A DNA stretch of 64,000 nucleotides from Patescibacteria group bacterium. Its GTDB lineage: Bacteria; Patescibacteriota; Microgenomatia; UBA12405. How positions within the stretch are numbered: the stretch's first letter is position 1; the number at the start of each line of letters is the position of its first letter. Where the stretch lies: assembly GCA_013387215.1 (NCBI GenBank), contig WARW01000022.1, positions 5,357 to 69,356 on the forward strand, in the 5' to 3' direction. The position numbers and the translations under genes were made by a program. Positions 9,826 through 19,528 of the stretch are shown here, one piece after another. Under the pieces are notes generated by a model. It saw only the letters and a list, made by a program, of their open reading frames with translations, searched no databases and was not told the origin of the DNA.

Positions 9826-10904
9826 GACTCAGATTGAATAATTTTTATTATTTTTTTTGAGCTATCTCCATTTCCAAACGGGTTTAACCAATTCTTTCCT
9901 GAACTTAACATTGTTTTGACAGCGTTTTTAATTTTTTCTTTATCGTGTCCTACTAGGATACTTGCGCCAACATTAATTGTTTCAGGTCTTTCAGTATTCT
10001 CTCTTAAGGTGACTGAAGGAATATTTAAAATACAAGCTTCTTCTTGAATACCACCAGAATCAGTAAAAATTAATCTTGAATTTTTTTCTAGAGCAAGCAT
10101 TTCCAGATAACCTACCGGTTCTAAAAGTTTTATAAAATTTTGATCTATTTGGATTTTAAAATTTTCGATTTGTTTTTTTGTTCTAGGGTGAATTGGAAAA
10201 TATGTAAAGTATTTATATTTTTTTGAAATTTCTGTAATAGATTCAATTAGTTCAGTTAGATTTTCTTTGTTGTCAACGTTTGATGGTCTGTGTGTTGTTA
10301 AAAGAAAATAATTTTCATTTTTATAATGGTTAAATTTGGCATGTTTCTCAATTAATTCCTGATTCTGAATAACTGCATCAACAATAGTATTCCCAACTTC
10401 AAAAACTTTTTCTTTAGAAATATTTTCTTTATATAGAATATCTGATTGTTTTTGAGTAGGAGTAAATAATGCTGAGGAAACTTGATCGGTTACTATTCGG
10501 TTAATTTCTTCGGGCATTGAGCGGTCATAACTTCTAAGTCCGGCTTCTACATGAGCGATTTTAATTTGAAGTTTAGATGCAGCTAAGGCTCCAGCTAGTA
10601 CAGTATTTGTGTCCCCTTGGACAATAATCCAGTTTGGATTTTCTTCTATTAATATTTTTTCAATGCCAATTAGCATTTTAGCTGTCATTTCTCCATGGGT
10701 ACCGGAACCTATGCCTAAATTATACTTTGGCTTTGGAAGTTCAAGTTCTTCAAAAAATATAGCATCCATATTTTCTGAATAATGTTGGTTGGTATGAATA
10801 ATAAAATAATTTATTTTTTGATTTTCGAGTTCACGAATAATAGATGAAAGCTTAATTATTTCTGGTCTAGTTCCTAAAATGACTGCAATTTTGAATTCTT
10901 TCAT
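9822..10904 (-). CDS. wecB: UDP-N-acetylglucosamine 2-epimerase (non-hydrolysing)
   Basis: GTRPEIIK, HTNQHY, VQGDTNT, HVEAGLRS, MPEEINR, TDSGGIQEEA and LRENTERPE. Confidence 0.97.
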   Translation of the reverse strand: MKEFKIAVILGTRPEIIKLSSIIRELENQKINYFIIHTNQHYSENMDAIFFEELELPKPKYNLGIGSGTHGEMTAKMLIGIEKILIEENPNWIIVQGDTNTVLAGALAASKLQIKIAHVEAGLRSYDRSMPEEINRIVTDQVSSALFTPTQKQSDILYKENISKEKVFEVGNTIVDAVIQNQELIEKHAKFNHYKNENYFLLTTHRPSNVDNKENLTELIESITEISKKYKYFTYFPIHPRTKKQIENFKIQIDQNFIKLLEPVGYLEMLALEKNSRLIFTDSGGIQEEACILNIPSVTLRENTERPETINVGASILVGHDKEKIKNAVKTMLSSGKNWLNPFGNGDSSKKIIKIIQSES

Positions 10905-11636
10905 TTAATCGTTTTTTAAATATTCATTAACTATTTTTTTAGATTCACCATCACCTACAATTTTTGAGTGATTTAAATATATAGTTCTATCGCAAAATGA
11001 TTTTACTGTTTCCATGGCGTGTGAAACAAAAACAATAGTGACGCCTTGTTTTTTAAACTCTTCCATTTTGGCAAAACATTTGTTTTGGAAGGCTTGATCG
11101 CCAACAGCTAGAATTTCATCAACAATTAATATTTCTGGGTTGGCATGGACAGCAACAGCAAAAGCAAGACGCATATACATGCCAGATGAATAGTGTTTTA
11201 CAGGTTGATCAATAAACTCGTCTATTTCAGCAAAATCTATTATGGATTTATAATTTTCATCGATTTCTTTTCTTTTTAAACCAAGAATAGCACCATTAAG
11301 ATAAATATTTTCTGAACCGGTTAATTCAGGATGAAAACCAGCACCAAGTTCAATAAGTGGTGAAATTCGACCGCGAACATGAATTTGTCCTGAAGTTGGG
11401 GTCATTACACCAGCGATTAATTTTAGAATAGTTGACTTTCCAGAACCGTTTGGACCGATAATTCCAATAGTTTCGCCTTTTTGAACTTTAAAGTTAATAT
11501 TATCTAAAGCCGTAAATGCATTGATTGTATCTTCGCCTTTAATTAATGCTGGAAGAAATTCTTTGAAGGTTTTATGATTTTGTTTGCTGAATTTTTTTGT
11601 GACATGATTGAATTCAATTACTGGTAAATTGCTCAT
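10905..11636 (-). CDS. wzt: Polysaccharide ABC exporter ATP-binding subunit (no C-terminal carbohydrate-binding module)
   Basis: GPNGSGKST, LGAGFHPELTG.EN, YSSGMYMRLAFA and DEILAVGD; 243 aa. Confidence 0.95.
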   Translation of the reverse strand: MSNLPVIEFNHVTKKFSKQNHKTFKEFLPALIKGEDTINAFTALDNINFKVQKGETIGIIGPNGSGKSTILKLIAGVMTPTSGQIHVRGRISPLIELGAGFHPELTGSENIYLNGAILGLKRKEIDENYKSIIDFAEIDEFIDQPVKHYSSGMYMRLAFAVAVHANPEILIVDEILAVGDQAFQNKCFAKMEEFKKQGVTIVFVSHAMETVKSFCDRTIYLNHSKIVGDGESKKIVNEYLKND

Positions 11637-11638
11637 AA

Positions 11639-12439
11639 TTAGATATTGTCAGCAAATATTTTTTCTCTGCTTTTAAAATAAAATAAACCAATAAGAAGAG
11701 TTATAAAAGAAACAATAGCTGCAATTAAAAGACTTATGTATTTAGGTTCCGACCCACCAAGTATAGTTTGTCGATATGCATTTATGATTACACTCATAGG
11801 GTTAATTTGAAATAAAAGTTTATATTTAGCAGGTACAATGTCGGCGGGATAGATAACTGGTGTGACATACATCCATAAAATTAAAATAAGGGTTAATAAA
11901 TATTGAATATCCCGATAAAGCAAATTGGCTGCTGCCAAAAAAAGTGAGATTCCAAGTGTAAAAATTTGTTGGATAAAAAAAATTGGGATAACCCAAAAAA
12001 TGCTGATTGTAATGGGAATTTGATAAATAATCATATAAATAACAAGAATAGACAGAGCAAAAAGAAAATCAATTATCTTGGCAAAAATGGTGGAAAGAAC
12101 CAAGATGGTTCTAGGAAAATAAACTTTTGTAATTAAAGACGAGGAAGTAACAAGAGAGCTTGATGCAGAGTTAAGTGAGTTTGCAAATAGAGTCCATGGT
12201 AGAAGAGCGACAAATAAAAAGATTGAATATGGAATGTGTCCACTGGAGTTAGTGGGTATTCTTAAAATCAATGAAAAAGCGAAACTCATAACAAGCATTT
12301 GAGCAAGTGGATTTAAAATTACCCAAAAATAGCCAAGAACTGATTGTTTGTATCTTGCTTTTACTTCTCTTCCAACCATTTGCCAGAGCAATTCCTTCCA
12401 CTTAATAATGTCCTTTATTTCTGAAATAAGCTGTCCCAT
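11639..12439 (-). CDS. wzm: Polysaccharide ABC exporter permease
   Basis: REVKARYKQSVLGYFWVILNPL, KVYFPR, YRDIQY, TPVIYP and INPM. Likely start is MGQLISE at 12439 (track: 12463). Confidence 0.95.
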   Translation of the reverse strand: MGQLISEIKDIIKWKELLWQMVGREVKARYKQSVLGYFWVILNPLAQMLVMSFAFSLILRIPTNSSGHIPYSIFLFVALLPWTLFANSLNSASSSLVTSSSLITKVYFPRTILVLSTIFAKIIDFLFALSILVIYMIIYQIPITISIFWVIPIFFIQQIFTLGISLFLAAANLLYRDIQYLLTLILILWMYVTPVIYPADIVPAKYKLLFQINPMSVIINAYRQTILGGSEPKYISLLIAAIVSFITLLIGLFYFKSREKIFADNI

Positions 12440-12445
12440 GAGTTG

Positions 12446-12451
12446 ATTATA
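12446..12451 (-). promoter_or_regulatory. -10 box TATAAT 6 nt upstream of wzm ATG 12439
   Basis: Minus strand reads tgTATAATcaactcATG. Confidence 0.5.
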
Positions 12452-13529
12452 CATTAGAAACAATTAATCGCTTTTGTCTGATTTTATCGATTGGCCTCAT
12501 TATGAATTGAAGAAGGGTTATTGATAATAATATAGCAACAATGGAAGCAATAAGACTTAGATAACGATGATTTATTGGCGTAAAATGGGTTAAAAAATCG
12601 ATAACTAAGAAATGAGAGATATAGACTGGATATGAAAGTTCACCAATATATTTATCAATTTTAATATTTTTAGTTAGCTTAAAAATAAAAGGTATTAAAA
12701 TAATAGTGAAAAAGAATAAAGCTAACATTTTAGTGCGGTTATGAGGAATGAATTGATAGAAAGCAATTAAAGCAACATATGATCCATAAAAGGGATACAC
12801 AAACCATTTATTTATATTTTTAGTATTAATAAATTTATATAGACGATAAGCAATGATTCCAGAAAGAAAGAAAAATAGTTCAGTTGGAAAAAATCGATAA
12901 GTCCAAGGATCATGATTTAAACCAAAATAATAAAGAATAAATCTGAGAATCAAACTTAGTGCCATTATAAATAGTATTGATTTGGTCTTGAATTTAGTTA
13001 AGAAAGGAGCTAAAAAATAAAACATTAACTCAAGTGATAATGTCCAAGCTTGAGGCAGTAAGACAAAGTCGTATAGTGGTGGACTAAAAGCATGGAAATT
13101 TGATGTAAAAAACATCAAGCCAGTATGAACATCTATTCCTAAATACAGGAGTATATCTTGACCTAAAATCAATAAGTTCGTAAATATAAGATATATAAAG
13201 GAAAAGACGTTTAGATTGACATTTGGATGAATAAATAAAGAAATTTCATTAGGGCTTGGGTTTAGATTTGCATTAGCTATTTCGTAAACTAAACTTAAAA
13301 TGAGAAGAACCCAATAAATAGGAAAAATTTTTAATATGCGATTGCTAAAAAAATGTTTTCTATTTTCTTTTTGATGGTATTTTTCGCAAAGAATTAGCGC
13401 CATGTAAAAGCCAGATATGATGAAAAAAACTTCAACTGCAAATTGACCACCAATAAAATTGAACCCAAACAATGAGTTTGAGTGAGCAATGACAACTGAA
13501 ATAGCTAGTAATAATCTAATTATTCCCAT
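12447..13529 (-). CDS. Acyltransferase family 3 (OafA-like glycan O-acetyl/acyltransferase)
   Basis: RLLLAISVVIAH, AVEVFFIISGF, RILKIFP, WTLSLELMFY and GELSYPVYISH. Confidence 0.92.
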   Translation of the reverse strand: MGIIRLLLAISVVIAHSNSLFGFNFIGGQFAVEVFFIISGFYMALILCEKYHQKENRKHFFSNRILKIFPIYWVLLILSLVYEIANANLNPSPNEISLFIHPNVNLNVFSFIYLIFTNLLILGQDILLYLGIDVHTGLMFFTSNFHAFSPPLYDFVLLPQAWTLSLELMFYFLAPFLTKFKTKSILFIMALSLILRFILYYFGLNHDPWTYRFFPTELFFFLSGIIAYRLYKFINTKNINKWFVYPFYGSYVALIAFYQFIPHNRTKMLALFFFTIILIPFIFKLTKNIKIDKYIGELSYPVYISHFLVIDFLTHFTPINHRYLSLIASIVAILLSITLLQFIMRPIDKIRQKRLIVSNV

Positions 13530-13562
13530 GGGATATTATTATATGCAATAGATTGTATATTG

Positions 13563-13568
13563 TATAAT
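13563..13568 (+). promoter_or_regulatory. -10 box TATAAT 6 nt upstream of ATG 13575
   Basis: tgTATAATtgcgaaATG. Confidence 0.55.
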
Positions 13569-13574
13569 TGCGAA

Positions 13575-14552
13575 ATGAATAAGCAAAGTAAAATTTGTAC
13601 TATTGGCGGTGGTTCAGGTATGCCAATTATAAATAAGGCTTTGATTCGGGCAGGATTTTCAAATATCAATTCCATTGTAACAACTTTTGATAGCGGCGGT
13701 GATACTGGGAGAATGAGGACAGATGAAAGAGGCAAGATTTTGGCTTTTTCTGACTATTGGAGAGCATTGATTTCTTTATGGAAAGATGGAAAACAAAAGG
13801 AAATATGGACAGAAATGCTGAGATATCGAGACGGGAGAGGCAGGAATTTTGGCAATACTTTTTTTCAATTTTTATCGGAGAAAGAAGGAGATCTTTCGAG
13901 TGTGGATAGAATTTTTATCGAACTTACAGGTGCAAGTTTAAAAGGAGAAGTAATTCCAGTATCTGTGTCCCCTGCTTATGTTTGTTTTAAAACGATGAGC
14001 GGAAAAGAATATTGCGGTGAACATCATTTAGATGATTTAAGAATGTCTTTGGATAAAGTGACTAAAATTTGGTTAAATCCTGAAGTAAATGCTAATCCAG
14101 AAGCGACTAAAACTCTTAAAGATTCAGATGTAATAATCATTTGTCCGGGAAGTATGTATGGTTCAGTTCTAACAAACTTTTTGCCTGTTGGCATCAAAGA
14201 GGCTTTTGAGAAAAGTAGAGCAAAAAAGATTTTGATGACCAATATTACTTCGGTAGCAAATGAAAATGATAATTATGATCAAGATGATTATGTAAATAAA
14301 TTTTCTGAATATTTAGGATCAAGAAAACCGTTTGATTTAGTAGTTATGGTTGATTTTGATTATTTAAACAAAAAAGATCTTAAAGAAGTATTGAAACTTT
14401 ATGAATTAGAGCATTCGCATCCAATCATTTTTAATCCCAAAGGCAAGGAAAAAGCAATTACTGCAAATATTGCTACTATTGAAAAAGTAAATATGCGGTT
14501 AAGACATAGTGAAACTAAATTGGCAACTTTTTTTGCTGATTTAGAAATTTAA
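13575..14552 (+). CDS. YvcK/GlmR (CofD/UPF0052) family protein
   Basis: TIGGGSG, VTTFDSGGDTG, IICPGSMYGSV and C-terminal LRH. ATG 13575 is preferred over TTG 13560. Confidence 0.85.
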   Translation: MNKQSKICTIGGGSGMPIINKALIRAGFSNINSIVTTFDSGGDTGRMRTDERGKILAFSDYWRALISLWKDGKQKEIWTEMLRYRDGRGRNFGNTFFQFLSEKEGDLSSVDRIFIELTGASLKGEVIPVSVSPAYVCFKTMSGKEYCGEHHLDDLRMSLDKVTKIWLNPEVNANPEATKTLKDSDVIIICPGSMYGSVLTNFLPVGIKEAFEKSRAKKILMTNITSVANENDNYDQDDYVNKFSEYLGSRKPFDLVVMVDFDYLNKKDLKEVLKLYELEHSHPIIFNPKGKEKAITANIATIEKVNMRLRHSETKLATFFADLEI

Positions 14553-14558
14553 AGTTTT

Positions 14559-14567
14559 TGTTAGAAT
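14559..14567 (+). promoter_or_regulatory. Extended -10 (TGtTAGAAT) 6 nt upstream of ATG 14574
   Basis: TGtTAGAATgtttgtATG. Confidence 0.55.
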
Positions 14568-14573
14568 GTTTGT

Positions 14574-16442
14574 ATGGCTTTGACTAAACCTCAAAAGAAA
14601 TTTATTTTAAATAATTACAAAGTCTTAACTATTAAAGAGTTAAGCGATAAATTGAGAATAAAAGAAACAGATGTTGGTGAATATTTAAGACAAAATAAAA
14701 AGAAACCATTAGTTTCGGTAGATGAATTAAAAAATAATTCTGCTTTAAGAAATGAGAGGGAAAAAACTATTGAGTTGAGTGATGAAATAAAGACTAAAAA
14801 AGAAAACATTGGAATTATTAAAATATTAAAAGAAAATTGGAAATTCCTTTTGTGTGTATCTTTGGGTATTCTTGTTTTATATTTCAATGCGCTTGGTGGC
14901 GACTTTGTTTCTGATGATTATGCATCCATAAGTCAGAATCCTAATGTTGGAAATATTAATGTTATGTTTGCTGGTGGAAATACAGCTGTTTTGACTAACT
15001 ATTTTATTAATATGTTGTTTGGAAGCACGGTTCCAATTGCTTACCATGTGGTCAGTGTTCTTTTGTTTATTACTTTTGTGTGGGTTGCTTTTGTGGCAAT
15101 TATGCTGGTCTTTAATGAAGTGTGGCTATCAAGAATCATGATTTTATTATTTGCTGTACTTCCGGTTCATGTTGAATCAGTGAGTTGGATTTCGGGAAGA
15201 ATATATTTGTTAATTTCTTTATGGGTAATGTTGGGATTTATTTCTTTTTTGTATTTTTTAAGAAATAATAATTGGAAATATTTATTGTCGATGATTGTTT
15301 TTTTTACTTTAGGGTTTGTTACAGATAAACCTAGACCATTTGCTTTGTTTTTGATTATTGGATTATATTTAATTTACAAGAAAGTAAATTTGAAACAATT
15401 TAAAATATTCAGACATTGGCCTGTTTTAATCGGAATGATTATTATTGCTGGTCTTATTGCTTGGCCGAATGTGATGACAAGAATTAATTCAGTTAATTCC
15501 GGCTATAACAGCAGCGGCAGTATTTTTTATAATCCATTTTTTCAATATCCAACTGCAATGGCTAAATATCTTCAGCTATTGTTTATTCCAATGGATTTAA
15601 CTTTGTATCATACGATGTATACAATACCTGTTTGGCTTAATTGGTTTATTTTGTTGACATATATAACCGCTGTAATTTATTTTTATTTCAAAGACAAAAG
15701 AATATTCTTTGCTTTAGTTTTTATCTTTGCGGGTACTGCACCATCAATGGCTCCAGTAAAAGTTAGTTGGTTAGTTGCTGAAAGATATGTGTTTTTAGGA
15801 AGTTTGGGTTTTTGTTTATTTTTAGCGTTATGTTTTGAAAGAATTAGAAAGAAGAATTTATATGTTTCAGTAATACTTTTGGCTGTATTAATGTCTTTTT
15901 ATAGCATAAGAACTTTTATGAGAAACATAGATTGGCAAACAAATCATAACCTGTGGGTTAATACTGTTCAGGTTTCTCCAAATAGCCATAATGCTTGGAA
16001 TAATATTGGTGATGATTATGACAAACTTAAACAATACGATAATGCAATAAAAGGTTTTACTCAATCAACTGTGGTTAAGCCTGATTATGCAGATGCATAT
16101 CATAATCGAGCAAATATTTTTTATAAAACAGGTCAGCTTGAATTGGCAAGAGATAGTTATAATACTGCTTTAAGATATTCTCCTACTTTATTCCAAACAT
16201 ATTTTAGTTTAGTTCAAATCGATATGATGCAAAAAAGATATGACTTGGCTTTTGAACATGCACAAGCAGTAGTGAAAATTCAACCTAATATTGCTCAATC
16301 ACATTATGTTTTTGGTGTTGTTTTGGCGCAGGTTGGACAGTTAGATGGTGCGGTTAAGGAGTTAACATATGCAACTCAAATTGATCCAACTTTTAAACCG
16401 GCGTCTGATTTGTTGAAAAATATAAAATCCCAATTAAAATGA
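14574..16442 (+). CDS. TMTC-like GT-C protein (putative protein O-glycosyltransferase) with C-terminal TPR repeats and N-terminal HTH-like extension
   Basis: DFVSDD after TM1, PVHVESVSWISGR, VAERYVFL and RNIDWQTNHNLW, followed by about 4 TPRs (AWNNIG, AYHNRA, SHYVFG). This is the TMTC-family signature pattern. Confidence 0.85.
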   Translation: MALTKPQKKFILNNYKVLTIKELSDKLRIKETDVGEYLRQNKKKPLVSVDELKNNSALRNEREKTIELSDEIKTKKENIGIIKILKENWKFLLCVSLGILVLYFNALGGDFVSDDYASISQNPNVGNINVMFAGGNTAVLTNYFINMLFGSTVPIAYHVVSVLLFITFVWVAFVAIMLVFNEVWLSRIMILLFAVLPVHVESVSWISGRIYLLISLWVMLGFISFLYFLRNNNWKYLLSMIVFFTLGFVTDKPRPFALFLIIGLYLIYKKVNLKQFKIFRHWPVLIGMIIIAGLIAWPNVMTRINSVNSGYNSSGSIFYNPFFQYPTAMAKYLQLLFIPMDLTLYHTMYTIPVWLNWFILLTYITAVIYFYFKDKRIFFALVFIFAGTAPSMAPVKVSWLVAERYVFLGSLGFCLFLALCFERIRKKNLYVSVILLAVLMSFYSIRTFMRNIDWQTNHNLWVNTVQVSPNSHNAWNNIGDDYDKLKQYDNAIKGFTQSTVVKPDYADAYHNRANIFYKTGQLELARDSYNTALRYSPTLFQTYFSLVQIDMMQKRYDLAFEHAQAVVKIQPNIAQSHYVFGVVLAQVGQLDGAVKELTYATQIDPTFKPASDLLKNIKSQLK

Positions 16443-17923
16443 AAGTTTTATTGATTTATCCTCCAGCGACTGTATATGGTTCGGGTATATTAAGACCATC
16501 AATACCACTTGGCTTGCTTTATCTGACTGCATTTTTAAAAACAAAGAATGTTGAAGTTAAGTTTTTAGATGCATTAGCTGAAGATGCTGATCGGGTAGTA
16601 AAAAACGGAAGCGGAAGAAAATTTGGAATGAGTTTTAAGGCGATAAAGAAAGTGATTGGAGAATTTAATCCAGATATAGTGGGGATAAGCACTATGTATA
16701 CTGCTTATATTGATGATTCTTTGGCGCTGGCTAAGTTTGTAAAAGGATTAAATAAAAAAATAATGGTTGTTTTAGGTGGTTCACATGTGAGTGTTGATCC
16801 GGTAACTATTGCTAAAAATAAGTATGTTGATGTGGCTGTTTTTGGAGAGGGTGAAAATACATTATATGAATTAACTCAAAACAAAGATTGGAGTCAAATT
16901 GATGGAATTGCCTATAAAAAAGGCAAAAAGATAATAAAAAATAAAGCAAGAGAATTGATAAAAGATATAAGTGTTTTACCTTATCCGGCTTGGGAAGATT
17001 TGAATGTAGAAAAATACAAATATGGCGGTGCTTTTAATATGAGATATCCTTGTTTCCCTATTGTTTCTTCAAGAGGCTGCCCGGGGCATTGTTTATATTG
17101 TTCTGTTAATGCAGTTTGGTGCTACAAGTGGCGCGGTAGAAATGCTTCAAATGTGGTGGATGAAATGGAAATGCTTATACAAAAGTTTGGTGCTAAGGAA
17201 TTTTCGTTTCAAGATGATAGTGTGTCGGTTGATGTAAACAGATTAGAAGAAATCTGCAAAGAAATTATAAAAAGAAAACTGAACATAAAATGGACTACTC
17301 CAAATGGAATTGCTCATTGGACTTTAAACAAAAAGATTTTAAAGTTGATGAAAGAGGCTGGATGCTACCGAATTACTTTTGGAATTGAATCTGGTGATCC
17401 AGAATTAAGAAGATGGGTTGGCAAACCATATAATTTAGATCAGGCAAAAGAGTTAACTGAGTATGCAAACAAATTAGGTTTTTGGACATTAGCGACAAAT
17501 ATAATCGGGTTTCCTTATGAAACAAAAGAACAAATGTTAAGCACATTTAATTTCGCCTTAAAATCGGATGTTGATTTGGCATTTTTCTTTAGATTAGGAC
17601 CAAGGCCCGGAACTCCAATATATGAAATGTTTAAAAAAGAAGGTTGGTTGATGAAAGACAAACATATGTTGTTTTCAGAGGATGTGGCATGCAGAACAAA
17701 ATATTTTACAGGTGAAGAAATTTTAGAATGGCAACGCTACTTATCTAAAAATTTTCTGATTAAAAGATGGCTGTCTTTTAATTCAATTTTAAGAATTGCT
17801 CGGAAGATAAGATCTTTTGAAGATTTTTGTTATATTCTTAAAATTGCCTGGTCAGGAATCAAGTTAAGCAAAAACTTAGTTGTTGTTAAGAAAGGGATTA
17901 ATTCAAAATCTTTCAGTGTTTAG
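16439..17923 (+). CDS. Cobalamin-binding radical SAM enzyme (class B methyltransferase-like)
   Basis: PLGLLYL, GGSH and GEGE in the B12-binding domain; SRGCPGHCLYC; FGIESG. Confidence 0.92.
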   Translation: MKVLLIYPPATVYGSGILRPSIPLGLLYLTAFLKTKNVEVKFLDALAEDADRVVKNGSGRKFGMSFKAIKKVIGEFNPDIVGISTMYTAYIDDSLALAKFVKGLNKKIMVVLGGSHVSVDPVTIAKNKYVDVAVFGEGENTLYELTQNKDWSQIDGIAYKKGKKIIKNKARELIKDISVLPYPAWEDLNVEKYKYGGAFNMRYPCFPIVSSRGCPGHCLYCSVNAVWCYKWRGRNASNVVDEMEMLIQKFGAKEFSFQDDSVSVDVNRLEEICKEIIKRKLNIKWTTPNGIAHWTLNKKILKLMKEAGCYRITFGIESGDPELRRWVGKPYNLDQAKELTEYANKLGFWTLATNIIGFPYETKEQMLSTFNFALKSDVDLAFFFRLGPRPGTPIYEMFKKEGWLMKDKHMLFSEDVACRTKYFTGEEILEWQRYLSKNFLIKRWLSFNSILRIARKIRSFEDFCYILKIAWSGIKLSKNLVVVKKGINSKSFSV

Positions 17924-19462
17924 TGTTTTTATTCTTATTTTAGAAATAGTGGATTTTTGGTTAATTAATTCTTGAATCAGAAATTTGAATTGGTGAACAT
18001 AATTCATCTTTCTTTTTGATCTTAAGACGATTGATAAATATCGAGGGCTTAAATGAAAAATAATATTTGGAAGAATTCGATTGAATTTGTTATTTTGAAA
18101 ATTAGACCAAGATAAAATATCAATTTTATGTTTGGAAAATCGATACTTTTGAGGAAATTTCTTAATTAGAAGTGGAGCAGAGGCTAGTTCTAAATATTCA
18201 TTTTTAGAAAAGTGATATGGGCTTTGATCATAAATTTCTGTGCCAGGATATGGAGTAAATACATTTATACTGACGATATCTGGTTTAAGTTTTTCAGTAA
18301 AATGGACTATATCATTTAGGTCTTTTTTGGTTTCATTGGGAAGATTGACTAAAAAGTTAGCAAAAGTCCTTATATGGTATTTTTGGCAAAGTTTAAAAAT
18401 ATTAGTAATCATTTCAACTGATATACCTTTTTTTACATCGTTTAGAGCTTGGTTAGAACCTCTCTCGACACCAAAATCTATTTGTACACATCCAGCTTGG
18501 GACATTATTTTTAATAAATTTTCATTAAGAGTTGAGACTTTTGAAGAACATCCCCAAAGCAAATTAAGTTTTTCTTTTTTGAGAAGAGTACAAAATTCTT
18601 TAACATTGTCTTGATTAATCGTAAAAAGATCATCAATAAAATAAAAACTGTCAATATTATATTTATTATATAAATGTTTAATTTCTTTAATTAAGTTTTT
18701 AGCTGATCTGACACGGGTGTATCTTCCCCCACCATTATAACCACGAAGTTTTTTAGCTACACAAAAAGTGCAAGTTGAAGGGCAGCCTCTTGTTGCCAAT
18801 AGATAGGCAGATCTTAAAAAGCAGCCACGAATAGAATATGGCGAGGCGTTTGAATAATATTCCATATCTATTTGGTCATAGTCGGCATATGAGATTTTGT
18901 CGAGGTCTTCTTGGAGAGGTCTTAATGGTGTTTTAATAATTTGCTTAGTTTTTTTGTCGTTGTAAGCAATACCTTTTATTTGAGAGAAATCTTTTGTTTT
19001 CTTTTTGAGTGCTGTTACTAATTCAAAAAGTGTTTCTTCCCCTTCTCCAATTATTTCAAAATCGACTGGTGTATTTTTTTCGTTAAGTAATTCATCTGGG
19101 TATAGTGTTGGATGAATTCCTCCAATGATAATTGTGGCTTTTGGATTAATTTCTTTTATTTTTTTAGCAAGATTTAGGACTTCAAAATATTCGGGTGTGT
19201 AACATGTTATGCCGTAAATATTGGTAGTATTATTTTTGATTTGTTCGATCATTTCATCTTCAATTGATTGTCGATATTTATCAATTTGATCAAAAAATTT
19301 TTTATCACGGATAACAGTCTTTTCAGTTACATCTATGATTTTACAGGTTAGTTTTTGGTGTTTAAGATATCCAGCTAAATAAATCAAAGCCATTGGTGGA
19401 CGGTAGTGATTAAAACTTCGTGAGGGTGGAGACAACAAAATAATGTCGAAATTTTTTTTCAT
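17903..19462 (-). CDS. Cobalamin-binding radical SAM enzyme
   Basis: PPMALIYLAGYL, GGIHPT, GEGE, TRGCPSTCTFC, IDDLF and FGVERG. Start is 19462 (MKKNFD) or 19483. Confidence 0.92.
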   Translation of the reverse strand: MKKNFDIILLSPPSRSFNHYRPPMALIYLAGYLKHQKLTCKIIDVTEKTVIRDKKFFDQIDKYRQSIEDEMIEQIKNNTTNIYGITCYTPEYFEVLNLAKKIKEINPKATIIIGGIHPTLYPDELLNEKNTPVDFEIIGEGEETLFELVTALKKKTKDFSQIKGIAYNDKKTKQIIKTPLRPLQEDLDKISYADYDQIDMEYYSNASPYSIRGCFLRSAYLLATRGCPSTCTFCVAKKLRGYNGGGRYTRVRSAKNLIKEIKHLYNKYNIDSFYFIDDLFTINQDNVKEFCTLLKKEKLNLLWGCSSKVSTLNENLLKIMSQAGCVQIDFGVERGSNQALNDVKKGISVEMITNIFKLCQKYHIRTFANFLVNLPNETKKDLNDIVHFTEKLKPDIVSINVFTPYPGTEIYDQSPYHFSKNEYLELASAPLLIKKFPQKYRFSKHKIDILSWSNFQNNKFNRILPNIIFHLSPRYLSIVLRSKRKMNYVHQFKFLIQELINQKSTISKIRIKTLNTERF

Positions 19463-19517
19463 AATTTTTTTTAAGTGTAACATAGGCTGATATATTTGTT
19501 GAAAAATATTGTTAGGT

Positions 19518-19523
19518 TATAAT
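19518..19523 (+). promoter_or_regulatory. -10 box TATAAT 5 nt upstream of ATG 19529
   Basis: ggtTATAATggcttATG. Confidence 0.5.
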
Positions 19524-19528
19524 GGCTT

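Noticed and set aside
13524-13533. 10-bp palindrome TCCCATGGGA over the acyltransferase start codon in a divergent promoter region
   Set aside because: Single short occurrence, not seen at other promoters; compatible with chance.
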